DNA of 64,000 nt. It comes from a virus. The stretch is taken from positions 10,453-74,452 of IMG/VR virus record IMGVR_UViG_3300036900_000256; one strand, written 5' to 3'. Shown in pieces: positions 44,734 to 56,230 of this stretch. The notes under the pieces are model-generated. The model saw only the letters and a program-made list of their open reading frames with translations. It made no database searches and was not told the origin of the DNA. Position 1 is the first letter of the stretch. Each line of letters starts with the position of its first letter. The position numbers were made by a program, and so were the translations under genes.

Positions 44734-46484
44734 CGGCCGGTCTCCTTGTCGGTGTAGGTGGTGCCCGCGACCCGGTCGGCCTTCGCGCGGGCGGCTCGGG
44801 CTTGGTGGCGGGTGACCGAATCGACTGGGGTTGGGGTGGAACTAGCCTGCGGCGCGACCCTGGGCCCGTCGTACTCGTTCCGTGACCACTGGATGGCGAA
44901 CGGGTAGCCGACGGACTTGGTCGCGTCAGTGCGCGGCGTGTGGCTGCCGCCGTGCCAAGAGTCATGGCCGGGCGCGAGTTCGCAATCGACGCCCGTCGCG
45001 CCCTCGGTAGCGCTGCACTCGTCGCGGAGTTTCGCCCGGAGTGCCGTCAGGCCCGGTTCATCCCTGCGGGCGTCGGGCGTATCAGCCTCGGCGTCCAGCC
45101 AGATCCGCACCCAGTCACAGCCGGACGCGTGCCACACACGCCCCATGCCTTGGTGTCCGCAGTCGCAATCAGGCGTGTCGATGCCACTGTGTGCGCCGTC
45201 GCGGGCCATGCGCCTGCCCAACTCCGAGTCGGCGTCGACCTCCACGACCGTGGCGGCTGCGGTGTGCTGGTCCGCCCAGTCCTCCACCTCCGACCCGGTC
45301 CCCCGATGCCTTGCCTTGCACCCGGAGCAGAACGCCTGCCACCCGGACTCGTCCGATGACAACGTGACGAGGTGCTCGACTGTGGCTGATTCGTCTACGG
45401 GTACCGGGACAGCGACCCGTGAGTGCGCGGCCCGGTTCTGCCCGCACTCGTGGCACAGCTCGGTCGCGACGTACGGGTGGGCAACGATGAGGAACGGGTC
45501 CTCGTCGGGGCCGTCGTCCAACTCGCGCGCCGGGTCTACGGGTACCGGAACAGCAGCGGGAGCGACGGCCAACAGACGTTCAAGCGCCTGAGCTGCCAGA
45601 CGCCACGTGAAGTGCTGGGCCGACGCGTGGCACTCGGCGGGAGAATCGCACTCGTCTACGAACTCCTCGCCGTCGTCGAACGACGCGATGGACTGCTCGG
45701 CGCGCTGACGGAAGTCGGCCGCGAGGTGCGCTGCAGCATCAGTCAGATTCCGCTTCTGCAGGAACGCGACATCACGCTCCAACCACCGGACACTGCCCCG
45801 CAACGCGCGGTTGGCGGACACCAGGCGGCGGTTCTCCGCCAACACCCGGTCGTGCTCGGCGCGGAGTTCGTGGTGCTCGACACGGACGCCGGACAGTGTG
45901 GACAAGGTGGCGTCAAGGCTGCTCTGGAGGGCGGCACCGCGACGGGCCGACTCGGCGAGCTTGGAACACAGAGACCCGATGGTCGCCTTGTGCTCGCCGA
46001 TCACCCGTGCCCGCGCAGGGACAAGGTTGTCCGCATACCGGAGTTCCCGCCGGTACGCGGCGACCTTGCGGGCCATGCCGCGCAGCATCAACAACAGCGC
46101 ATGCCGCTCCACCTGCAGGCGCATGGCTTCCAGTGCCCAGTCCTGACGGGACGACCGCTCACGGTCCCGATCGGCCAGCAGCGATGCGTTGTCGTCCTCC
46201 AAGCGCTGGTTCAACGTGACGCTGTTCGCCAACTGCGCGCGTGCTTCGTTGCGCTGCTCCCGCACCCTGCGGAAGTCGCCCGTCAGGTTCTCGACGGAGC
46301 CGCGGGCTTGGTCGAGGTCGGCACGCAACCCCGACAGCACCGGCTCCACCACAGCCAGCGCGATATCGGCAGCCGCCGCATTGTCGACGTCATAGCCGCC
46401 GAACTCGTTGGGGTGGACGAATTCCGACGGCAACCCGTCGAACTCGCGGATGAGCTGGGCGCGGAGGTCTAGGGGGTCGGTCAC
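44730..46484 (-). CDS. Mosaic hypothetical protein (coiled coil plus several Cys/His microdomains)
   Basis: 584-aa ORF coupled at both ends. Confidence 0.6.
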   Translation of the reverse strand: MTDPLDLRAQLIREFDGLPSEFVHPNEFGGYDVDNAAAADIALAVVEPVLSGLRADLDQARGSVENLTGDFRRVREQRNEARAQLANSVTLNQRLEDDNASLLADRDRERSSRQDWALEAMRLQVERHALLLMLRGMARKVAAYRRELRYADNLVPARARVIGEHKATIGSLCSKLAESARRGAALQSSLDATLSTLSGVRVEHHELRAEHDRVLAENRRLVSANRALRGSVRWLERDVAFLQKRNLTDAAAHLAADFRQRAEQSIASFDDGEEFVDECDSPAECHASAQHFTWRLAAQALERLLAVAPAAVPVPVDPARELDDGPDEDPFLIVAHPYVATELCHECGQNRAAHSRVAVPVPVDESATVEHLVTLSSDESGWQAFCSGCKARHRGTGSEVEDWADQHTAAATVVEVDADSELGRRMARDGAHSGIDTPDCDCGHQGMGRVWHASGCDWVRIWLDAEADTPDARRDEPGLTALRAKLRDECSATEGATGVDCELAPGHDSWHGGSHTPRTDATKSVGYPFAIQWSRNEYDGPRVAPQASSTPTPVDSVTRHQARAARAKADRVAGTTYTDKETGR

Positions 46485-46873
46485 GATGCACGCTCCCGGC
46501 GCAGAGCCTCACGGCGGTCGATGGCTTCGATGTGCGCCACAGCCACGGCGGCGACCTGCACCAGCTCCGCGCGGAGCGCCCCCGGTTCCTCCTCGGCGAG
46601 CGCTTCGAAGACCTCCTCCAGCAGGATCCCGTCCCAGGCGGCGTTGCGATCGGACGGCGTACCGAGGATGTTCCCCACCTCGACCCGGTTGGCGTTCTTC
46701 TGCTTCCAGTAGGACGCCATGGCCGCGTAGTGCGCTCGGTCCCGGCGGTTGTCATCGAACACGTCGGGGTGGTTCTGCTCGCCCCACTTGGCGTCCTGGC
46801 GGAGCCGCTCGGCGTGGACCTCGGCGAGCACCGCCCGCGTCGCCGGTTGGGTGGGTACAGACTCGCTGCTCAC
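46481..46873 (-). CDS. MazG-like all-alpha NTP pyrophosphatase (putative)
   Basis: ILLEEVFEALAE..LRAELVQVAAVAV gives an EExxE..ExxQ pattern. Confidence 0.5.
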   Translation of the reverse strand: MSSESVPTQPATRAVLAEVHAERLRQDAKWGEQNHPDVFDDNRRDRAHYAAMASYWKQKNANRVEVGNILGTPSDRNAAWDGILLEEVFEALAEEEPGALRAELVQVAAVAVAHIEAIDRREALRRERAS

Positions 46874-47833
46874 GGCGTCAACTCCTTCCGGACGGCCTTC
46901 AGCACGGCACGCACTTCTTCCTCGGTCGGCTCCATGCCCTCGGCTCGCAGGACATGCCGCACGTCGTACTCGTCGACACCGTCGGCGATGTCGTCGAGCA
47001 CCAACCGAACGGCCTCCTCACGATCAATCCCGGTCACGACTTCGCTCCGTTCAACGCGTCGGCGATGGTCTTCCTCACGTGACACACCACCGGGTCCTCA
47101 CCCCGGTGCCAGTGGTGGTGTTCCCGGCACTCCATGGACTGCTCGCCCTGCTCCGCACAGCACAGCTGGCACACCGTCCCCAGCAGGTTCTCGTCGCACG
47201 CGGGGTTCGTGCCCTCGTAGCCAGGGGCCACCACCGCAGGGTCGCCGTCGGCATGATCGTGGGAGCACTCCCCGTAGATCCGGAGATTCGCGTGGTCGAC
47301 CAGCAGCGCCTCCACTGCGGCGCCGAGCGCCCCGGCGTCGTTAAAGAGCGGGTCCACCGAGTCGTCAAACGACGCGCCGATGTGCTCCGTCATGTGCAAG
47401 CGCACCAGATCCAGCCGTGCCCGGATCGACTCCACCGTGTGGTCGACCTCGGGGGCGGAGATGGCGGTCATCCCGACACCGCCTCACGCGCCAGAACGTC
47501 CGCGAGCGTGACGCCGTTGACGGTCATCAGCGGAGCGACGCGTTTCGCCAACGCCAGCGCGGTCTCCAGGTCGAACCGGTGCCGCGCCTTCCACTCGGCC
47601 TCGCGCTCGGAGGGCAACGGCTCGAAGGCCCATTCGCCGTCCTTGTCGAGCACCGAGAACCCGTCGCTCACCGAGTACAGGCCAGGGCTGCGCTCCTCTA
47701 CTCGCACGGTGAAGTGGCGGGCGCTCCGGTGGTCGGCGGGCAGGCACGAGACGGCGTAGACCGTGGCTCGCACTGTCGGTTCCGGAGTGCCGGAGGCCAT
47801 CGGCGAAGCCGCCCGAGCATTGGGTGTGATCAT
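46870..47833 (-). other. Three small coupled hypothetical ORFs (46870-47037, 47034-47471, 47468-47833)
   Basis: 4-nt stop/start overlaps. Confidence 0.5.
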
Positions 47834-47901
47834 CGGTCCTCCTGGGGGTCACGCCGCAACAGCGGCGGAAGCGACGGGCGGGAAGAAGCAGTGCCGCGGG
47901 C

Positions 47902-48951
47902 TCACCCGGTACCGCCACGCAGATCGGTCGCCTGGGCAGCCGTAAGCAGGCCCTGCTCAACCCAGTGGTCGAACAGATCAATCTGGCCGACCACCTCGGG
48001 AGCGCACCTGGCGCACAACCGCCCAGGCGCGGAAGCCGGGGCGTCTTTCGGTCCGGCACCGTCCTTACCGGCCCCCCACCTGCACCACGGGATGTCCGTG
48101 GCCTCGACCTGGTCCTCAAGGGCGCGGATCTTCGCTGCGACCTCGGGGTAGAAAAGCTCGATCGCCGATAGTTCTCCCGGCTTGGCGTAGGCCCCGCAAA
48201 GGCAGTCGCCGGACATGTGCAGGTTGATCGACACCTCGGACTTCGGCAGAGCGCCGGGGTGGCACAGCATGTGCCGGGCGTGCTCGTGGTGCTCCTGGCA
48301 CTGGAAGCGCTCGCGGTACTCCCGCATGTGCCCTTCGGTCCAGTGCACGATCGGGGACACCCAGATCACCGCGCCGTCCTCGTCCAGCTCGGACGCGTTG
48401 CGGTGGCGGCGGTCGGACTCCGACCAGCGGGTGCCCGCGACGAACGCGATCTGCCCTGCGCGACCGCGGGGACCGACCAGGTTGCGGCGGACCGTGTCGA
48501 GGGCGCGTTCCTTGAGTCGCTGGTACATCACGTCGTGGGCGCCGGATCCGGGGAACCCACGCCACGCGATCTGCCCGTTCTTGACGGTGCGGACCTCGCC
48601 GAGGACCAGCTGCTCATAGGTGTGCGGCGGGACGGCCGACACGACCGGCAGCGTCCACTCGGCGCACACGGCGGTCACGTACTGCGCGGTCTGCGGGATG
48701 CCGATCGAGGTGAGGATGTGCACGGCGCAGTCCATGCGGTCCTTCACCAAATGGGCGAGCAGGCTGGAGTCGCTGCCACCGGAGAACAGCAACAGGAACT
48801 TCTCTGGTTCGTACCGCTCGGCGGCTTCGTCAAGCAGAGCGTGGCTGCGAGCGATCGCCTCGTCGAGGGTCAACGCTGCGTACTCGCGGGCCTTCGGCGG
48901 CGCGACGGCCAGCGCGTCGGGGAAGCCGGGAATGATGTCGAGTTGGCTCAC
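47902..48951 (-). CDS. PAPS reductase-family (PP-loop) protein
   Basis: LFSGGSDS, GTRWSESDRR, SPIVHWT, SGDCLCG. Confidence 0.8.
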   Translation of the reverse strand: MSQLDIIPGFPDALAVAPPKAREYAALTLDEAIARSHALLDEAAERYEPEKFLLLFSGGSDSSLLAHLVKDRMDCAVHILTSIGIPQTAQYVTAVCAEWTLPVVSAVPPHTYEQLVLGEVRTVKNGQIAWRGFPGSGAHDVMYQRLKERALDTVRRNLVGPRGRAGQIAFVAGTRWSESDRRHRNASELDEDGAVIWVSPIVHWTEGHMREYRERFQCQEHHEHARHMLCHPGALPKSEVSINLHMSGDCLCGAYAKPGELSAIELFYPEVAAKIRALEDQVEATDIPWCRWGAGKDGAGPKDAPASAPGRLCARCAPEVVGQIDLFDHWVEQGLLTAAQATDLRGGTG

Positions 48952-51900
48952 CCGGTACCGCCTTGGGCGTCGGTTCTGGCGTCACACGCAACGGACACGA
49001 GGTCTCCGGCGACCGACATGATCAGCGTCGTGATCCGGCCGGTGTTCTCGAAGCGCTGCCGGAACGTTGTCCACCAGTCGATCCCGCCTTGCGTGGCGTA
49101 GATCCGGCACTCGTTCACCTCGACGGCGGCGGTCATCCGGCACCGCCAGTGCTCTCCGGGGAGGAGGGCAGCACGACGTGTGCGGCTTCCCCGTCGCGGA
49201 CAAACCACTCCAACGGCGGCGGGGACAACGGGGAGAAGTGGCTTGGGTGCGCGGCCACGTACGCGGCCTGGCGGGCGACGAGGACGAGGATGTAGTCCTC
49301 GCCTCCGATCGGGGCTGTGATGATCGTGGGCCCCTGCGGGGTGCTCATGACCCACCACCCGACACGGCAGGAACCTCGGACAGTGCGCGGAGGTGACGGG
49401 TGTAGACGCGGTTCTCGCCGCCTTGGTCCCACGACACGACAGCGGTGCGGCCGTCGACCGCTGACACCGTGCCAGGCGCCCCAGCGGGGACCGTGCCGAG
49501 CGTCAGGGTCCACGCGACGCGGTCTCCAGGCGCTGGCCACTGACGGGACGCTGGAGAGTCGTTCGCGGGGACCGGGACCACCATGCGCTTCGGGTCGTCG
49601 AACACGTCCCACCCCCGGCTCAGCGCGGGCAGGCACGGCCACGACACCGTCTCGCCCTCCACCCAGCACACCGAGCAGATGAACGCGCCCGGCGTGGAGT
49701 CGGACCACACCGGAGTGTGGAAACGGGCAGGCAGAGCGGCCTTCTGCTCCATCGTGAGGTCGGTCAGCGCCTCGTAGGTGGGCTGGTCGGAGGGGAGCGT
49801 GATGAACGGGCGCTCGTCAGCCATGGCTGGGCTCCTCGGCGGGCAGGGTCGCGGCGATCTTCTGCGCCGCGCGCTGGCACTTCGAGCACTCCGGGGTGCC
49901 GGACAGCCACCCCCTGCGGCCGTCCCACAGCACCGTCGCCCGCCCGCACAACGCGGCCGGGCGTCCGGCGCCCCACATCGGGCCCCCGGTGTAGTCGCCG
50001 GGCACCAAGTGCTTCCTGTTCCGGCTGCGGGTCTGGCCCGTGTCGATGCACCACCCGTGGCCCTCCGGGACCGACGTGCGGTGTACACCCCACGTCGGGG
50101 TGTGCGGGCAGTCCATGACCAGCCGCTCCTTGACCTCGGCCCGGAGGCCGAGCCGCATGCTGAACCCGGCGGCGCGCTGCTGCTGCCGTAGAACCCGGTT
50201 GGGCTGGTAGTCGGCCCAGGCCTGATCTTCGGTGGCCAGCAGGGTTTCACCGCCCATGTGCAGGGTGAGGGTGACGCCGGAGCAGCACCCGCACGGGGCG
50301 TGGCAGTACCAGGACGCTTGGTCGGGGTCGACCAGTTGGCCGTTGATCTCGAACTTGATCGCGCTCACCCGGTCACCGCCGCAAGCTCCCGCAGAACCGC
50401 CACGTCCACCGCGATATCCGCGTGGTCCTCCGCATCGGACAGGCCAGGGACCACAGTCAGCGCGGTGTGGCCGGTCCCGAGCGAGATACCGAGCTTCATC
50501 GGCTGCCCGCGGTAGGAGCCGCGCAGGGCCAGCGAGACGGCGGTCTCGCCGTAGTAGTCGAACCGTTGGGCGGTGAGGTGCGCTCCCTCGACGGTGCCCA
50601 CGAGGCCGACCAGGTCGGCGACGGTGGAGGGGTGGCGGAGGTGGACGTCCGCCACCTCGGCGCTGACGCGGTAGATCTCGGTTGGGCAGGTGACGTGGGC
50701 GTCGAGGTAGTCGGCGACCAAGCGCAGCCGATCGGCAGTGGTCAGCTCGGCAGGCGACGCTTTGGTGGGTGTGCCGGTGATTTCGGCGACGGCTTCAGCG
50801 GACAGGGCACGGGCGGTATCGAGGTCGGTGCTCACTTGTGCTCCCTCAGGGGATCGGCGGCGCGGGACGGCGGGCGGGGTGGAGTCGGTCACTTCCACCT
50901 CGGTTCGGAGATCGGCTCGCGGATGGCCGCCGCGACGGACGCGGCCTTGGCCGGGGGTTCCGCCAGCAGGCGCACCTTGAGTCGGGCGATGAGCGCGGCA
51001 GGCGTGGTCATCAGTCGGTGTCCTCTCCGGCCCCGTCCGGGCCGGTCGGTTCGGTGGCCGTGACCGGGCCGAACTCACGGGCGATGTCAGACAGGTGCCA
51101 GTGCTGCAAGCACCCGTCGGAGTTCACGGCCCGGATCGCATAGGTGCCGTCGGTGTTGCGGTCCCAGGCGTCGCGCTGCCGGTCCCACACCACAGGCGGG
51201 GCGACCTCGTCGCGGCTGGTGTCCCAGACCGTGTTCGCCCTCGCGATCTGGGCCGCGATCACCGTGGCGACCCAGGCACCGAACGGGATCGCGCACAGCG
51301 CGGCGATCACGCTGACCGTCACACCCCACCCGAACGTGTAGGCAAGGGAACCCGCGAACGCGGGGAGCCACAGGAACGCCCCCAGAACGCGCAGCGCCTT
51401 CACCGGGCCACCGCCCGGCGGGCGGCCAGTTCGCGGGCGAGGTATTGCTCGACGACCGCGATGTCATGGGTGCGCTGTGCCAGCTGCTCCAGCTCGGCGG
51501 GCGAATGCGGCTCCCATGTCCGCCCCTGCAGCGCCTCCAGCGTGGCGTGCTCGGCACGGACCTTGGCGGCCAGGAAAGCAGCGACCGGGTCGGGGTCGGG
51601 GATGGTGGGAGTGCTCATCGGGCACCGGCCAGCACCATCGGGGTGTGGGCCGGGCGGACGTAGATACCCCAGCAGCCCTTGGCCCCGCAGTACGGGTCCC
51701 ACCCGTACCAGCAGTCGCAGTCCTCAGCGGACGGATCAAAGTACTTCGAGCCCTTGGTGCGTGCGTCGGCGAGGTTCGCTTCGCTGTACTCGTCGTGCGA
51801 CAGCAGGTGTACGGCGTCGGGGTGTGCGGAGTCGTAGGCGGCGATGGTGATCCGCTCGATCCCGGCCTTGGTGATCTCGGCGGTGACTTCGATGACTCTG

Positions 51901-52577
51901 GTTCCGCCGTGGCGGGTGCGGGTGGTGGCGACGATCTCGCGGATGACGTCGACCCCGGTGGTGGGCAGGGCGAGTTCGGCGGCGAGACCTTCGAGGTCAT
52001 CGCCTTGGTCGAGCTGGGCGCGGAGGCCGTCGACCCGGTGCTCTGCGGACAGGTTGTCGGCGGCGTCGGAGCTGGCGGCCAGTTCGTCGAGGTAGTCAGA
52101 GATCAGGATGCCGAGCAAGTTGGTGGTGGACATGCTGTGTCCTCTCTGGGCGGACGTTCGGGCGTCGCAGGCAGGTCAGGCGTAGGTGCGGGTCTCGGCG
52201 GCGGTGAACCCCGCCCGGTCGAGCAGCGCCTCGGTGGTGACCTGGTCTGCGGCCTCCTGCCACACGGCGTGGTAGGTGGTGGTGTCCGGGTCGTCCGGGG
52301 TGGTGTCCGAGGTGAACCGGTTGCGGTCGTGCTCGAACTGGACGGTCAGGCCGCGCTTGCGCCATGCCGACACGAGGAACGGGCGGATCAGGTCGTAGGC
52401 GGCCTGGTCGAGGAGTTCGCGGTGTGCGCTGACGAAGCCGCGGTCGAGGCTGTAGACGGCGGCCTGGTCGGACTCGTCCCAGGCGTAGCCGGGGTTGTCG
52501 GCCACGACGGGCATCCGATGAGGCGTGGTCTGCGGTTCACGAACCGCGATCCACTCGGGGCAAAATGAAACGCTCAT
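48948..52577 (-). other. Run of small hypothetical early ORFs (48948-49136, 49133-49348, 49345-49824, 49817-50368, 50365-50835, 50889-51011, 51011-51403, 51400-51618, 51615-52133, 52176-52577)
   Basis: Mostly overlapping stop/start codons with SD sequences; no function recognised. Confidence 0.5.
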
Positions 52578-52628
52578 GCCGTCCTCCGAGGGTTCGCCGA
52601 TCCGGCGAGTAGGGGGTGTGTTGACACG

Positions 52629-52657
52629 ACACTATGCCTGCACCGCAGGCATGTCAA
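52629..52657 (-). promoter_or_regulatory. Sigma70-type promoter with operator in the spacer
   Basis: TTGACA-N17-TAGTGT on the minus strand; ATGCCTGC-acc-GCAGGCAT palindrome at 52634-52652. Confidence 0.75.
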
Positions 52658-52701
52658 TAGGCCAGCTTGTACGGCTACCGCGATCGTGCGACCATGCTGC
52701 C

Positions 52702-52923
52702 ATGGAAGACAACCTCGCCCGTATCGCAAGCACGTACTGGCGTGCGAAAGCCCGAGCCGACACCCTCCGCACGGACCTCGTGGACGCAGTCGTCCAGGCG
52801 TACCGGGACGGCGGGGCCACCATGGACATCGCGCGACGCGCAGGCATGGACCGCGAGTCCATCCGACGTATCCGCAAAGCAGCCGAGGAAAGGGGGGACC
52901 TGCCGATGAGCAACAAAGCTTGA
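52702..52923 (+). CDS. Small HTH protein
   Basis: ATMDIARRAGMDRESIRRI; isolated plus-strand gene in the early arm. Confidence 0.65.
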   Translation: MEDNLARIASTYWRAKARADTLRTDLVDAVVQAYRDGGATMDIARRAGMDRESIRRIRKAAEERGDLPMSNKA

Positions 52924-53346
52924 CTAGTGCTGGCCACGAGTCACCCGTCTGATCTCGCGTCGGGCATTACGTATCAAGCCGCGAACCTGCTTCGTCGTCA
53001 GGACCACCACCGAGTCGTACACCCCGATCACCCGCGCAGAAGTGACCGACCACGACGGCACCGGGTCGTCGATGTCGGTCGTTTCAACCATGTCCCCGAT
53101 CGGATCCACCCGGTACAGACCACCGCGCGGGTATCCAGCGGCATAGAGGCGGGCGTACTCCCGGTCGGTGGTGATGTAGACCCGTGTCGGGTCGAGACTG
53201 TCTGTTGCCAGCGGTGTGGCCGCGCGGCGTGCCTCGCAGGTGGCGCACCCGTCGACAAGATGCGCGTTGTCACCAAGTGGTCGGGGTGTCACCAGGTCGC
53301 CGATCGTGAGGCCGGGTGCGCCGCCGTGCCAGTAGCGCGGGTTCAC
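52924..53346 (-). CDS. Arr-like ADP-ribosyltransferase-fold protein
   Basis: YWHGGAPGLTIGDLVTP..VYITTD..LYRVDPIG parallels the Arr FHGT..GDLL / YFT / IYxVEP motifs. Confidence 0.55.
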   Translation of the reverse strand: MNPRYWHGGAPGLTIGDLVTPRPLGDNAHLVDGCATCEARRAATPLATDSLDPTRVYITTDREYARLYAAGYPRGGLYRVDPIGDMVETTDIDDPVPSWSVTSARVIGVYDSVVVLTTKQVRGLIRNARREIRRVTRGQH

Positions 53347-55547
53347 GTTTCGCCGCCGACGGGCAGTTGGCCGATGCCAGGGCAGGTGCCGAACCGGTAG
53401 CCCTGTCGGGTGCGTCGTTTGTGCTGGCCGAGGACACCGCTGGCTCGGAGTGCGTACTCGTTACCGCACACGGGGCAGACACCGCGTGGGAGCGGACCGG
53501 GTGCCCGGCCACGGCGCGGGCGAATGTCAGCCACCGTTGGCCTCCTCTGCGCAGCATTCGGCGAGGTAACTGCTGGTGTCGCGGCGGATCGCGGCCCCGG
53601 CTTCGTACGGCTCGCGGCACCTCACGCAGCAGCCTGCGTACTCGGCGACGAACCAGGGGTTGGTGGTGCCGAGCAGCCGGTCGCGGAGGGCCAGGCGCTC
53701 GGCGTCGGCCTGCTCCTGGACGGTTTGGCCGCCGCGGTGGGTTTTGCAGGCGCACTGGTCGACAAGCAGGTCGGTGAGGTCGCAACGTTCGGTGTCAGGC
53801 ACGGCCGCACCACCTGCGGACGGCGGCGGCAATCCGGTTCTGGTCGCGCTGTTTCCGTTCGGCGGCGGCGCGTTCACCGAGGGCTGCAGTGCGCTGTTCG
53901 AGTGCGTCATCCGCCATCGCCGTACGGGTCACCTCGACGAACAGTTGAGACTCGTCGGCCCAGCGACTGGTGGCGTACAGCACCCCGCGGTCGCGGTCGA
54001 CGTGCAGGATCCTCGCGACTGGTTCGCCATCGGTGTTGTGGACCAGGCGGCCGATCAGGTCACGGTCCTGGCCGTCAAGGCTCCCAGGCTGCAGCTCGTC
54101 GGCTTGGCGCACGGCGCGCACCTCCTCCAGGAGCCCGGCCGTCCGCTGGCGTCGTCCGTCCGCGGTGAGGCGGGCGCACTCGGGTTGGCACCACGGGCTG
54201 ATCGCGGGAACGGTCGGGGTACCGCAGCCTGGGCGCAGGCAGATCGGCCGGTCGTCGAGGAGCGTGTCGATGCGGGCGAGAGTGCCCGGCAGGGTGCGGT
54301 AGCCGCCGCCGACTCCGATCATGGTGTCAGCCACCGTTGGCCACCATCTGCCGGAACGGGCGCAGGCACATCGGACCCCACGGCGGAGGAGGAGTCGGTG
54401 CTCTCCCGGCGGCGATGTCGTCGCGCCACTGCGCCACCAACTCGTCCGCCATCTCACCGTCCTGGAGGACGTCGTCCAGCCACGGGGCCATCCGGTCGGC
54501 CAGGTCGGGGTTGAGTACGCGGATGGTCTCCAGGAGCACCGCGGAGTTGAAGTAGGCCACGGCCCAGGCGTGGTTGAGAAGGATCTTCCGGTCGGTGACT
54601 TTGCTGGTATCGGCGATCTGTTCCATCAGCAGGCCGTAGTTGTCGATCGCGTTCTTGACGTGGGTTTCGGCGTTCAACGGTTCGCCTCCTCGGCTTCGCG
54701 GGCGAGGAACTCCCGCACGGTGTGGGTGTGGTCGGTGTTGCACACCCCGAACGAGGTCGGGATGCCGCGCTCGTCGGTGGTCTCGGGGTGCAGGTGCCAT
54801 TTCGTGGGCTCGTCGGGCATCTGCTCGCCAGCCGGTACGAACTGGACAGCGAGCTTGATGCCGACGTCGTCGACCCGCCAGATCGACTGGGCGCGTGCCC
54901 GGCATGGGCGCCTGGTGTGCCACCACTTGCCGGACGGGATTTCCTCGGCTGGCCGCCCGCAAGCCCCGCAGCGGCCTTGTCGGGGCCACGCTGCCGGGTC
55001 CCACCGCGTGCTGGCGGGCTCAGCGGCGGCGAGAGCCACCACGGGCGGTGGGGGTGTGGTCGTCATCGGATCCCGCCCCCTGGCGCGCTCACGACCGCTT
55101 CAGCGGCCAGCGCGGCGGTGATTCGCGCGTCCCGTGCTGCGACCCACGCCTGCATCTCGGCGACCGGCCACAGCACCGCGCTCTCCGGGTAGCAGTTCGG
55201 GTGCAGCTTCCCCAGGCCCGGCACGGGGATCCGGCGGCCGCCGCACCCGATGCAGATCGCCATCAGTCGCCGTCCCGAGCCACACGCAACCGACGCCCGG
55301 ACTGGTCCGCAGGCTCGCCGGGGACCGCGACTGGCCGCTCCAGATCCGCGCGCCGAACAGCGCGCGCGAGGTTCGGCCGGCACACCAGGCAGGGGACCGG
55401 GTGGTCGGCCTCGTAGTAGTCGAGCCACCCGTTCTTGCAGCGGTGGACCTCGGGCTCGGTTTCGGGCTCGTCGCCGAAGCGGTCGGGCATGGGGACGCAC
55501 CTCCTCGCGGGGCGCAGGTAGTGGACGGTGGCCAGGCGCTCGGTCAT
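53343..55547 (-). other. Run of small hypothetical ORFs, many with CxxC (53343-53534, 53527-53802, 53795-54334, 54327-54677, 54674-55066, 55063-55263, 55263-55547)
   Basis: Coupled ORFs. Confidence 0.5.
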
Positions 55548-56230
55548 GACGCCTCCTGTAGTTCGCCTCGGCGGCAGAACGTGCACAGGGGTTTGCCGTC
55601 CGGGCCGCGCCCTGCGGCGAAGAGCGGATGCGTCGCGCAACGACGCGCGCCGCTGGGTACCGGACTTTCCTGATCAACTTCCGCATCGGGTGTCTTGGAG
55701 CTGGCAGGTTCCTGTCCCAGATCGGCCCGAGGTGCCGCTTGCGGCGACTCGGTTCGTCGGGGGCCTGGGGGCGGCGCGCCCCCAGTTGTTCTGGCCCTGT
55801 TGTGGTCTTGTTCTGGTCGTGTCTGATGGGTCTGACGGGTCCCGTCAGATGGGTCTGACCCCCCCGTCAGACCGGTCTGACGGGTTGCCTCGTCCGGATC
55901 GTCCTCCGACCCGTATGACCGGTCTGACGGGTCAGGGATGTATGGCACCCGCTTCTTCTTCTTCCCGTTCGGCCCCTCGGTCCTGATCCACCCCGTGGAC
56001 TCGGCCTCCTTCAACAGCTCGAATACGCGCTGCCGCGACCGCTTGCACTCGACGCCGAGCCGTGCAGCCGACGGCGTCGCGTTGTCCCCGGAGCCATCCA
56101 TGTAGGTGCCGATGAGCAACAGGAAGGACTTCACGTGCCACGGCATGTCCCGGTCGGCGCGAAGGGCCTTCTCCCATTCCCACCGGGTGCTGGCTCGGCG
56201 AGGCCCACTGCTGCTCTGGTCGTCGTTCAC
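55544..56230 (-). CDS. Putative replication initiator (N-terminal winged HTH)
   Basis: PSAARLGVECKRSRQRVFELLKEAESTGWI; contains an iteron array. Confidence 0.65.
   Translation of the reverse strand: MNDDQSSSGPRRASTRWEWEKALRADRDMPWHVKSFLLLIGTYMDGSGDNATPSAARLGVECKRSRQRVFELLKEAESTGWIRTEGPNGKKKKRVPYIPDPSDRSYGSEDDPDEATRQTGLTGGSDPSDGTRQTHQTRPEQDHNRARTTGGAPPPGPRRTESPQAAPRADLGQEPASSKTPDAEVDQESPVPSGARRCATHPLFAAGRGPDGKPLCTFCRRGELQEAS
55818..55931. repeat. Iteron-like dyad repeats (putative origin)
   Basis: Four 22-bp units; the 55863-55884 unit is the perfect palindrome CCCGTCAGACC-GGTCTGACGGG. Confidence 0.7.

Noticed and set aside
45393-45554. Duplicated gtctacgggtaccgg (VPVPVD) in the mosaic ORF
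   Set aside because: Only two copies; likely a local duplication or linker, with no evidence of a system.
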